The notes under the pieces were generated by a model. It ran no database searches. It worked only from the letters and a program-made list of their open reading frames with translations, and was not told where the DNA came from. 64,000 nucleotides of DNA from Escherichia phage ECD7. The position numbers were made by a program, and so were the translations under genes. Of the stretch, positions 55,811-64,000 are shown piece by piece. The DNA lies in sequence record NC_041936.1. One strand, given 5' to 3'. Position 1 is the first letter of the stretch. The number at the start of each line of letters is the position of its first letter.

Positions 55811-57301
55811 ATGGCAGATTTGAAATATGGATCTACTGTAGGTGGATCTCCCATTTGGACGCAAGGAAACTTGACGATCCAGCCAGCGGGGGATCAGCTT
55901 TTCTACAAAGGTCATAAAATCTATACCGCTTTTGATAGACCTTCGGCTACCGATTTTGATGCTGTTAGTGCATCCGAAGGTGGAACATTTCAAAAGCAAG
56001 TTCATTTCGAGGAAGGTTTAAGCGTAGGTAGCGCATCGGCTGGAGAAACCAAAAAGAATGGTATCTTTAAAGGTCAGAGTGACGCTGCTAATTTTGACGG
56101 CGTAAGCTGGGGTTTGCATTCATGGAAGTCAATCGGCTTTGTTAATGCCCGTGATGGCGTTATTATGGCGTATATTGACACCACAACGGGCGAATTTAAG
56201 TCTAAAGGGACTATCGAAGGGACAACCATTAAAGACACAGGTCAACGCGTCTATAGCCCTGTTAATAAACCAACGAATAATGATTTAGATTTGGTGTCTC
56301 GTCGCGGTGATACTCTCACAGGAACATATAATTTAAACACTGTCACTGTTAAACTATCGGTTGATTCGAAATTAATTGCAAGGGAACGTGATTTAATTAA
56401 TTTTGATGCGACTAAGATCTATTATGGTAACGTTCTTGATACGTTGGTCTTCCGAAGTAAAGATGAGCCTACCATTTTTGTTAATGGCAAAGAAGGTCGT
56501 TTTTATCACACCAACAATAAACCAACTAAAGCCGATGTTGGACTAGGAAATGTCACCAATGATGCACAGGTTAAACGTGCTGGTGATATTATGGAAGGTA
56601 ACTTGCAAGCGCCTAGAATGTTGGCGACAAACGATCCTGCTGGTCCTAATGAATTGGTTCGTTTGAGCTACTTTGAGAGAAAATCAATGGTAGCAAATCC
56701 AACCATCATAGGAAACGTTGATTGGAACACTCTTATTAATCGCGGTATCTATCGTGTGGAAAATGCTGGGTCGGGTACTAATAAACCGTCTGATAGCTAT
56801 TATAACGGCGTTTTGATGGTATATCGCCCAGAAGATGCGGTCGGCACTCGTCGAATTGTTCAGGTGTATTATCCTGAATCTATTGACCATCCGATGTGCT
56901 GGCGTTCTTGTTCTAATGAATCATGGACTGCATGGAACTATGTAGATCACCGTAAATTAGCCGATATTCGCTATGTTAACGTAACTGGCGATACCATGAC
57001 AGGACCGTTAACTGTTCCGGCTGCAAACGGTGTTAGAACGGCTAAAACTAACTATAACGGGGATAACTGTTATGCGGCGTTAAGCGGTGCTGATGGTACT
57101 GCTATGATTCACCGCATTAGTGATATTAAAGGGACCGAAAAGCTGGGGATCACCCACGACTCAAAGGTCGTGTTTTTCCGTTCTAGAAACAATACTCAAA
57201 CCGTGGACCGCTATCAGCTTTATCATGAAGGCAATAAGCCTACTCCGGCTGATGTTGGAGCGGTTCCACTTAATGCGGTGATTGATTTTGGTACTTTCTA
57301 A
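55811..57301 (+). CDS. 36: long tail fibre distal-half subunit gp36 (enlarged)
   Basis: 496 aa; repeated NKPT..D(V/L)G fibre motifs; position between 35 and 37. Confidence 0.65.
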   Translation: MADLKYGSTVGGSPIWTQGNLTIQPAGDQLFYKGHKIYTAFDRPSATDFDAVSASEGGTFQKQVHFEEGLSVGSASAGETKKNGIFKGQSDAANFDGVSWGLHSWKSIGFVNARDGVIMAYIDTTTGEFKSKGTIEGTTIKDTGQRVYSPVNKPTNNDLDLVSRRGDTLTGTYNLNTVTVKLSVDSKLIARERDLINFDATKIYYGNVLDTLVFRSKDEPTIFVNGKEGRFYHTNNKPTKADVGLGNVTNDAQVKRAGDIMEGNLQAPRMLATNDPAGPNELVRLSYFERKSMVANPTIIGNVDWNTLINRGIYRVENAGSGTNKPSDSYYNGVLMVYRPEDAVGTRRIVQVYYPESIDHPMCWRSCSNESWTAWNYVDHRKLADIRYVNVTGDTMTGPLTVPAANGVRTAKTNYNGDNCYAALSGADGTAMIHRISDIKGTEKLGITHDSKVVFFRSRNNTQTVDRYQLYHEGNKPTPADVGAVPLNAVIDFGTF

Positions 57302-57305
57302 TTTT

Positions 57306-57330
57306 AGCGGGGATTATCTCCCCGCTTTTC
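57306..57330 (+). terminator. rho-independent terminator after gene 36
   Basis: AGCGGGGA/TCCCCGCT hairpin followed by TTTT. Confidence 0.6.
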
Positions 57331-57371
57331 TAAATAATATTATTCTAATAACCGTTTAAGGATTTTATAAA

Positions 57372-60314
57372 ATGGCAGATTTAAGCAGAATCCAATTTAA
57401 ACGCACTAGCACTAAAGGTCGTAAACCTGATGCTAGTACGATGAATCCGGGGGAATTGGCAATCAACCTTGCGGATCAATATCTTCTTACTAAAAATGAT
57501 TCCGGTGCTATTATCAATTTAAGTTGTCCTCCGGTGTATGACCGCGATGTTACAATGGCGGGTAAGGTTAAAGGTAATAATTATATCTTAAGTAAAACCG
57601 CCAACTATTTGGAAGACCAGACAGCGAGAGATCTTAACTACTTTGGCGCTTTCTGTACCAATGGTCTTGATGGTCTTCTCGAACTCACGCTAAACGTTCC
57701 TCACTCTTCCGGTGTCCAACATGGTCGAGGATTTACTTTCCAGTATGGGCACACTGGATCGCGCGTAGAAACTTATGGATATAATGCACAAGGACAAAAA
57801 GCATTTAGCTATAAAATGTATCACGAAGGTGATAAACCAACTCCAGGAGAATTGAACGTTTATAGCAAACAAGAAGTTGACCGTATGTTTGTTAAAACCG
57901 TTAAACTTGCTACAGTTCCTGTTGATATAGTTGACGGTTATTTTAAATTAGCGACTGCGATGATTCCGCAAAACGGTCGTAGCGTATTTTTCCGTATTCA
58001 TGGTGGTAACGGATATAACGTTACTGCATACGATCAAGTTGATATTGTAGAAATTGTTATTCGCAGTGGAAATAATCGTCCTAAAGGTGTTAACGTTATT
58101 GCATACCGCCGAAATACAAACAAAGCATTTGATGTTTTGGCTGTTAATACTTCTGGTGATAACTATGATATCTACGTGAAATATCAGCGTTACACTGATA
58201 ACGTTATTGTTGAATTTGGTAAAAGTGTTGATGTTGATCTGGTAGTCCATGACGTTCCAGATTTTGTTGTTGATCGTCCTGTTGGCGATAATGTTATTGG
58301 CGGTCGCGCGGTAACTCTTTTCAACACCGAAAACAAACGAGGTGTGTTGAGTTTTGACGACAACACACAAAATAGTTATGATATTGTTCACTTGAGTAAT
58401 GATAGGGGTACTGGACGGAAATATATTCGTAAATTCCGTAGCAACTATAACGAAATGATCTGGCATGAGACGGTTCAAGGTTCTACTTATCGACTCGCCA
58501 CGGGTAGTACAGATGCCCAGGAGATTCTATCCGTTGAATCTAGTAGCTCTATTGCTGGGACTCATAAAGGTAATATTCTTTCTGGTCGAATGATGTTGGG
58601 TGGCGGTAGTAATGTTATTACCTTGCGGCGTCCTGCTGGTCAATCCAACCATATTACGTTTCAAGATAATCGGACTGGATCTATTACCCGTCAAGGGTGG
58701 ATCGGTTATGGTAATGCTGATACTAACGTTTTTGAATGGTATAGTGATGTAGGTGGTACTTCTATTCGTCACCACATCGACGGACAGATCGAACTTGCAA
58801 CCGGTAACACAAAACGAGTTTATACTAACGCTCAATTCATCTCAATGAATAGCAACGCCTACCGTATGCTATACGGTAATTATGGTGCATTCTGGCGTAA
58901 TGACGGCGTTAAAGTTTATCTTCTTTCTACTGCCGAAAATGATAAATTGGGTGGATGGAATAGCTATCGTCCATTCATTTATGATTTAACTTCCGGTAAC
59001 GTTCAATTAGGCGGTGATGGTAACGAAGATGCATTAACGTTAGAACTTGCTTCTCGTGCCGCTCGCTTTAGTAATGACGTTTACATTAAGAAAGGGCATT
59101 TGACTTTCGACGCTGGGCGCTCTGGATCTCGCGATTACTTCCGGTTTAACCATTGGGGTGATAGCAATAATGCCCGTGATAACATTCTATATCTAGAAGA
59201 CAGTAAAGGTCGACATTTTAGCACCGAGCGTAATATGGCAACGGGTGCATTAAAAGCCGACTTCTTAGGCGATCTTGAAGTTGGTGGTAAGTTGACATGG
59301 GGTAAAAATACAGCTACATCTAGCTTTAATATTCGTGCATGGGGTAGTGATTCTCGTAAGCAAGTATTAGAATGCGCGGATGAAAGTGGTTGGCATTGGT
59401 ATACCCAACGTGCTGGCGGTCCAGGTACTGAATTAATCGATTTTGCCATTAATGGTACTGTTAAGCCTAAAGCAATTCACACTGGCGGTAATATTACCCT
59501 GAACGGTCCTGATATTGAGTTTAAACGCGCTGGCAATAAGCACATCTGGTTTAGAGATCCAGACGGTTTAGAGTTAGGCTTGATGTACTGCGATGATGCT
59601 GGTGCTATTCGATTCCGTGGTCAGAAACAAGCCCAAGCGTGGAAATTTGCAGATAAAATGATCCAGTTGGAATCTGGTACTGTAACCGGTGGCGGTAATG
59701 GCCTGATTCGTGGTGAAGTTGCTGGCGGTAGTTGGGCTAGCTGGCGTGACCGTGCTGCTGGCCTTATGGTTGGGTGTCCTCAATCCACCAACTCGGCACA
59801 TAACGTATGGAAAGCGACGCATTGGGGTAAATATCACATTGCAGCAATGGCTGTACATGTTCCTGATGGTACTATTACCAATGCTTTAGCTCGCCTAAAC
59901 GTTCATGACGCCAACTTTGACTTTAGCGCATCCGGTGACTTGTCGGCAGGTCGTAACGGTTCGTTTAACGATGTGTATATTCGTTCTGATGCTCGCCTTA
60001 AAATCAATAAGGAAGAGTATAAGGAGAATGCCACCGATAAAGTTAATCGCTTGACGGTATACACCTATGACAAGGTTAAATCTTTAACCGACCGTACTGT
60101 CATTGCTCATGAAGTTGGTATTATTGCTCAGGATCTTGAAAAAGAATTGCCGGAAGCCGTAACAACTTCTAAGATCGGCGACCCAGATAATCCAGAAGAG
60201 ATCTTAACAATTTCTAACTCTGCTGTCAACGCTCTTTTAATTAAGGCGTTTCAGGAAATGAGCAAAGAATTGAAAGCCGTTAAAGCTGAACTAGCAGAAC
60301 TTAAAAAGAATTAA
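57372..60314 (+). CDS. 37: long tail fibre distal subunit gp37 with C-terminal intramolecular chaperone domain
   Basis: 980 aa; N-terminal MADL and fibre repeat motifs; C-terminal domain begins at SDARLK. Confidence 0.75.
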   Translation: MADLSRIQFKRTSTKGRKPDASTMNPGELAINLADQYLLTKNDSGAIINLSCPPVYDRDVTMAGKVKGNNYILSKTANYLEDQTARDLNYFGAFCTNGLDGLLELTLNVPHSSGVQHGRGFTFQYGHTGSRVETYGYNAQGQKAFSYKMYHEGDKPTPGELNVYSKQEVDRMFVKTVKLATVPVDIVDGYFKLATAMIPQNGRSVFFRIHGGNGYNVTAYDQVDIVEIVIRSGNNRPKGVNVIAYRRNTNKAFDVLAVNTSGDNYDIYVKYQRYTDNVIVEFGKSVDVDLVVHDVPDFVVDRPVGDNVIGGRAVTLFNTENKRGVLSFDDNTQNSYDIVHLSNDRGTGRKYIRKFRSNYNEMIWHETVQGSTYRLATGSTDAQEILSVESSSSIAGTHKGNILSGRMMLGGGSNVITLRRPAGQSNHITFQDNRTGSITRQGWIGYGNADTNVFEWYSDVGGTSIRHHIDGQIELATGNTKRVYTNAQFISMNSNAYRMLYGNYGAFWRNDGVKVYLLSTAENDKLGGWNSYRPFIYDLTSGNVQLGGDGNEDALTLELASRAARFSNDVYIKKGHLTFDAGRSGSRDYFRFNHWGDSNNARDNILYLEDSKGRHFSTERNMATGALKADFLGDLEVGGKLTWGKNTATSSFNIRAWGSDSRKQVLECADESGWHWYTQRAGGPGTELIDFAINGTVKPKAIHTGGNITLNGPDIEFKRAGNKHIWFRDPDGLELGLMYCDDAGAIRFRGQKQAQAWKFADKMIQLESGTVTGGGNGLIRGEVAGGSWASWRDRAAGLMVGCPQSTNSAHNVWKATHWGKYHIAAMAVHVPDGTITNALARLNVHDANFDFSASGDLSAGRNGSFNDVYIRSDARLKINKEEYKENATDKVNRLTVYTYDKVKSLTDRTVIAHEVGIIAQDLEKELPEAVTTSKIGDPDNPEEILTISNSAVNALLIKAFQEMSKELKAVKAELAELKKN
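59985..60311 (+). other. intramolecular chaperone (peptidase S74-like) autoproteolytic domain at the gp37 C-terminus
   Basis: SDARLKINKE ... VGIIAQDLEKELPEAV ... LLIKAFQEM ... coiled-coil tail; pattern recalled from endosialidase/T5 fibre chaperone domains. Confidence 0.6.
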
Positions 60315-60356
60315 GGAAAATTCCCAGGGAAGGGAAACTACTAAGGAGAAACGGCT

Positions 60357-60596
60357 GTGGTCTATAATATCATCATTGGTGCTTTGTCTAATTTCGGAAT
60401 GAAATTATTGTCAAAGTTAATTAGTGAAAAGATGCTCACTAAAATTTTCTTCTACTGCGCTCGTCGTCTTGCGGCTTATACCAATACGCCAATTGATGAT
60501 CGTTTTGTGGAAGAACTTTATAAGGAGTTTAATAAAGATCAGTCAGAAGATAGTAACGAGCAAGATAAACCTAGTGATAGTCAAGTACCTAAATAA
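60357..60596 (+). CDS. small hypothetical protein (79 aa, GTG start) in the gp38 slot
   Basis: AAGGAG RBS upstream of GTG; hydrophobic N-terminus, acidic C-terminus; not gp38-like. Confidence 0.4.
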   Translation: MVYNIIIGALSNFGMKLLSKLISEKMLTKIFFYCARRLAAYTNTPIDDRFVEELYKEFNKDQSEDSNEQDKPSDSQVPK

Positions 60597-60629
60597 GAGT
60601 ACACTGTCATAGTTATCTTAGGGCATTAT

Positions 60630-61286
60630 ATGCAAGTTTCTGAAAAAGAGAAAGACTTTGCTATCTCAAATGTCCTGCGCGCTATTTTCACAACTAAAAG
60701 CACGGAGTTGCTCGTACTTCGTGTTTTTGCTGCCGTCGTGTTGTCCATATTGGCATTTGTCGTTTATAGTAAAAACGAGTTATTTGCGCTTTATAAAGAG
60801 ACTCGTTATGAGACTTATGCTCACATTCTCCAGGTAGAGAAAGACCGCAATTTTGATAATGCAGCACAGGAGCAGTTACAGATAGTTCATGTGTCGGCTG
60901 ATGCCGATTTTTCTGCTGTTTTTAGTTTTCGTCCGAAAAACCTAAACTATTTTGTTGATTTGGTGGCATATGAAGGAAAGCTACCGCACACAATCGATGA
61001 AAAAAATTTAGGCGGATTCCCTATCAATAAAACGAGTGAAGAATATCGTAGGCATCTTTTAGGTAAATCATATTTTACCGATAAAGATTTCCAGTATATT
61101 CCATCAAGAGAAAAGAAATTAGAGAATATCGATATAGGTTTCATGTATTCTTGTCCTATATTCAATCTCGATAATGTCTATTCTGGTAGTATCGCCATTT
61201 CATGGAAGAATAAACCGGATATTGACATTGAGAATTTAGATACTCTTTGCAATCAATCTGCCAGAATCCTCGGAAGGATTAGATAA
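60630..61286 (+). CDS. t: holin T
   Basis: 218 aa; YETY, LQIVHVSADADFSAVFSFRPKNLNYFVDLVAYEGKLP, YSCPIFNLDNVYSG, ARILGR colinear with recalled T4 holin. Confidence 0.9.
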   Translation: MQVSEKEKDFAISNVLRAIFTTKSTELLVLRVFAAVVLSILAFVVYSKNELFALYKETRYETYAHILQVEKDRNFDNAAQEQLQIVHVSADADFSAVFSFRPKNLNYFVDLVAYEGKLPHTIDEKNLGGFPINKTSEEYRRHLLGKSYFTDKDFQYIPSREKKLENIDIGFMYSCPIFNLDNVYSGSIAISWKNKPDIDIENLDTLCNQSARILGRIR

Positions 61287-61292
61287 CTTAAA

Positions 61293-61323
61293 GGGGAAGC
61301 CTTTCGGCCTCCCCTTCTTTTTA
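61293..61323 (+). terminator. rho-independent terminator after t
   Basis: GGGGAAGCC-TTTC-GGCCTCCCC hairpin followed by a T-run. Confidence 0.6.
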
Positions 61324-61569
61324 TTGGCGCATAGAAGCCCCTGAATCACATTTTGACGCTGTATGATGAAAACAGGTAGCGTACCAGTCATCGGCTTGTT
61401 TGTCTTCGTCAGAAAACGCGTAATTGCGTTGTATGCCGTTTTCTACTTTGACCAGTGCAATAGCTGTTTCTGGAAGATCAATCAATCGGACAAAATCGCC
61501 ATCTTCCCATTCTACACGAGCAATATCATAACCCATCTCAAAGTATACAATCGCTTGTTCTAATTTCAT
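61321..61569 (-). CDS. hypothetical protein (82 aa)
   Basis: ORF in the coupled minus-strand array. Confidence 0.4.
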   Translation of the reverse strand: MKLEQAIVYFEMGYDIARVEWEDGDFVRLIDLPETAIALVKVENGIQRNYAFSDEDKQADDWYATCFHHTASKCDSGASMRQ

Positions 61570-61898
61570 TCTGGAAACTTCCCGTAAATGTTCTCTGCCA
61601 ACATACGCGCATCGCTAATGATATCTTTCATGCTATGACCGTAGTGTTCAGCCATTGAGTTGACACAATCAACAAAGAAATTATAACGGCGACGGTTTAA
61701 GATTTCTTCTCTGCTATAGTTTTCATATTTGACGGTCGAGTGTGCTTTCTCGATTGCCTTGATTGCTATATTGACTTCATTGATAATGGTTTTAGCATTG
61801 TATGCGCCACGACGGATCAGGATATTTGTCAATTCTCTTGCAATATCTTGCAATTCTTCATATTCATGTTCAAACATAATCAACCTCTCAAAATACAA
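61566..61898 (-). CDS. hypothetical protein (110 aa)
   Basis: ORF in the coupled minus-strand array. Confidence 0.45.
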   Translation of the reverse strand: MYFERLIMFEHEYEELQDIARELTNILIRRGAYNAKTIINEVNIAIKAIEKAHSTVKYENYSREEILNRRRYNFFVDCVNSMAEHYGHSMKDIISDARMLAENIYGKFPE

Positions 61899-61901
61899 TC
61901 C

Positions 61902-62246
61902 TTACAGATGAAAACCTGTTACGATCACCGCATCGATCTTACCGCTAGGAATAAACGGTTCGCCCTCTTTTATTTCAACTTTGAATTGATGCCATTTCGC
62001 TAATACTTCTTCCGGTACACCCAGCGATTCGGCGTCTGCTTTAGTTTCATCCATAATCCAACTAGGCTGCATGAGAGCATAGTTTACATAGTCCATTTCT
62101 GGGGTCATGTCATCAATGTTAATATATTTGCAGTTGACGCGTTTCAGAATTTCAAATTCTTTATTGTCAACCTGTACCATGTATAATTCAGTAGTTTCTG
62201 GAATCAGTTCCCACACAATCAGTACATTTTTCATAGTTCGCCTCAC
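61902..62246 (-). CDS. hypothetical protein (114 aa)
   Basis: ORF in the coupled minus-strand array. Confidence 0.45.
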   Translation of the reverse strand: MRRTMKNVLIVWELIPETTELYMVQVDNKEFEILKRVNCKYINIDDMTPEMDYVNYALMQPSWIMDETKADAESLGVPEEVLAKWHQFKVEIKEGEPFIPSGKIDAVIVTGFHL

Positions 62247-62611
62247 TTAACAAACATTTTCTTTAATGCTTTCAGGATCGTTGCTTCCGGCGCTTCTTCC
62301 GGTGGAGGAAGCAATTCTACCACTTCCTCTTCCAACTCGATATAGTCTACCAGATATTCTACATAGAATGCAAGTGCTTCCATGAAATTAAATGCTACAT
62401 CCGATTCACCACAAGCGCCTACATGCATTGTATAAACATCACTGCGATCAAGTTTGTGGATGCTTCCCAGATAGTTTCGGTTATACCAGACTTCCCACAC
62501 TTTCAGCTTTCCGGTTTTGGTTGCTGTTTTATAATCGGTTTCGTAATGATGCAATTGACGTTGCAAATCATTGATAATAACACATTTTTCGTAATTGTTT
62601 TGAATTTCCAT
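62243..62611 (-). CDS. hypothetical protein (122 aa)
   Basis: ORF in the coupled minus-strand array. Confidence 0.45.
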   Translation of the reverse strand: MEIQNNYEKCVIINDLQRQLHHYETDYKTATKTGKLKVWEVWYNRNYLGSIHKLDRSDVYTMHVGACGESDVAFNFMEALAFYVEYLVDYIELEEEVVELLPPPEEAPEATILKALKKMFVK

Positions 62612-62621
62612 GATGTAATCC

Positions 62622-62813
62622 TCACTTATCGTTAAGAAGTTCTAAAACTTTCTGTCGTACTTTGTCAATATTAGTTGATTCAAAAACTGTACGGTATCCC
62701 CAGCTTTGACCGTATGAGCGGTTGCAATCTCCATATCCCCATTGTTCAACCTGGTAGTATTCAAGGAATGGATGCTGCCGAACTATGATACCATCGCGAT
62801 TAAAAATTACCAT
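62622..62813 (-). CDS. small hypothetical protein (63 aa)
   Basis: ORF in the minus-strand array. Confidence 0.4.
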   Translation of the reverse strand: MVIFNRDGIIVRQHPFLEYYQVEQWGYGDCNRSYGQSWGYRTVFESTNIDKVRQKVLELLNDK

Positions 62814-62836
62814 AATATAATCCTCACGTCAACAAC

Positions 62837-63124
62837 TTATTTTCGGTTGTGGTCACGATATGTTTTAAAATATCCCTCGTACCACGGTAAAATATCTGGA
62901 TTTTTACCACTATACAGACTTTTAACCATCATGTCAATAAGGCCATCTGGTGTTTGATAGTTTCCAGCTTTTATAAGCTCTCTGATTAAAATCTCTCTGT
63001 ATATGTCTTTCGGATCTTCGTAATCAACTTGTATTGTGGTTGTGGTCTCATTCAATTTTGTTTCTGGAGTATCTCGCATTGCATCCCACCAATCTTTTGT
63101 GACCTTAATGTTATTGAATTGCAT
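62837..63124 (-). CDS. hypothetical protein (95 aa)
   Basis: ORF in the minus-strand array. Confidence 0.45.
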   Translation of the reverse strand: MQFNNIKVTKDWWDAMRDTPETKLNETTTTIQVDYEDPKDIYREILIRELIKAGNYQTPDGLIDMMVKSLYSGKNPDILPWYEGYFKTYRDHNRK

Positions 63125-63135
63125 AATTTAACCTC

Positions 63136-63894
63136 TTACTTGCAAACGTATTGATCTACATCAATTGCGCCACCGAATGTGGGATGACGTTTTTCAAATC
63201 GAATAGTTCCGTCGTTTGGTTCGAAAACGGAGTATTCATATAGATCTTTCTTGCCAACATTCTTATAAAACCCACCTTTAGTCATAACGGTTTCTTGTAC
63301 GTTTGCTTTGTGTACGTTGTATTCGTCAATGTATACAAAATCAACCATCTTCCCATTTTTAATGGTTACTTTAAGATCTCCTGGCTGGTTTCCATATTTT
63401 GCATACAGTGGAGCCTCTTTAATTTTTGTGGAAATTCCATCTTTCATACTCCACTCATAACGAACGGTGCATTGATAGGTAAAAGTTTCGACCTTCGGTT
63501 CTTCTACCACTTTTGCTTCCTGTTTCGGTTGTTCTTCTTCAACCTTCGCAGAAGTCTCTGAATCTCTCTCTGACTCGGTTTCTTCTTTAGGTAATACATT
63601 CATCAAGTTTTGGATTTGAGCGTTATATACAACCTCCAGTGGCTGAATCTGCCCGATATTGATCATTGTATCACGAACAGTTTTATTCCAGTTGCGTTGC
63701 TCTTGTTTAAGAGACGGATCAATCTTAACAGCCTTAACATATACCTCATGAAGTTTCGAATCCAGTGCGGAGATTGACTCATTAGCACAAATAAACTTCT
63801 CTGATTTGGTAGTGGCTTTAGCGCAATCAAAGGACGCAGCATTAGCACCGAAAGCAGTAGCGGAAAGAACGATAGCAGCGATAATGTTTTTCAT
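63136..63894 (-). CDS. secreted DUF1311 (LprI-like) domain protein
   Basis: signal peptide MKNIIAAIVLSATAFGANA; FDCAKATTKSEKFIC...LDSKLHEVY resembles the DUF1311 N-terminal signature. Confidence 0.5.
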   Translation of the reverse strand: MKNIIAAIVLSATAFGANAASFDCAKATTKSEKFICANESISALDSKLHEVYVKAVKIDPSLKQEQRNWNKTVRDTMINIGQIQPLEVVYNAQIQNLMNVLPKEETESERDSETSAKVEEEQPKQEAKVVEEPKVETFTYQCTVRYEWSMKDGISTKIKEAPLYAKYGNQPGDLKVTIKNGKMVDFVYIDEYNVHKANVQETVMTKGGFYKNVGKKDLYEYSVFEPNDGTIRFEKRHPTFGGAIDVDQYVCK

Positions 63895-63928
63895 AATATA
63901 TTCCTCAATGTTTTGTCTTGATGGGAGT

Positions 63929-63957
63929 ATCTTACTACTCCCTTAATCCGGTGTCAA
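63929..63957 (-). promoter_or_regulatory. promoter-like element with conserved stem-loop (TTGACA / TAAGAT)
   Basis: 30 bp identical to the element at 28206-28236. Confidence 0.4.
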
Positions 63958-64000
63958 CTACTTTTTAAATTTCTTCTACAGTAAAGTCTTCAATGTTGTT

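Noticed and set aside
57330-57371. Late promoter upstream of gene 37
   Set aside because: Only near-matches (CTAAATAA, TATAAAAT) to TATAAATA are present, so no promoter is called.
57948-58835. Minus-strand ORFs inside gene 37
   Set aside because: Antisense shadow ORFs in an Asn/Thr-rich fibre gene.

Overview
This window is a divergent T4-like (Tevenvirinae-type) myovirus segment in conserved T4 gene order. All calls come from reading the sequence and the ORF track and from recalled T4 protein features; no database search was run, so names are homology calls from memory. Plus-strand late genes: 3' end of 21, then 22, 23, 24 (head); uvsW; 51-27-28-29-48-54 (baseplate); 34-35-36-37 (long tail fibre) and holin t, several behind TATAAATA late-promoter motifs. 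Minus-strand genes: hoc, an inh-like gene, uvsY, 25, 26, alt, and a long early/middle block 30 (ligase), 31, cd, pseT, rnlA, denA, nrdB, nrdA, td, frd, 32, 59, 33, dsbA, rnh. Between these lie accessory regions packed with small minus-strand ORFs, each behind a dispersed sigma70-like promoter that usually has a GC-rich palindrome in its spacer. Most notable: (1) a six-member paralogous family of ~95-105 aa proteins sharing an HxHW ... AVDV motif at 25988-29369; (2) an operon with a cytosine-5 methyltransferase-like protein, a zinc ribbon and a DUF262-like protein at 22858-24913; (3) a second ADP-ribosyltransferase plus lipoprotein beside alt, and a NADAR-like gene beside ligase; (4) a CYTH-like gene between dsbA and rnh; (5) an apparent frameshift in gene 32; (6) a thymidylate synthase with a ~120 aa insertion; (7) a gp37 tail fibre with a C-terminal intramolecular-chaperone domain and no gp38. 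No CRISPR array, tRNA or rRNA was recognised.
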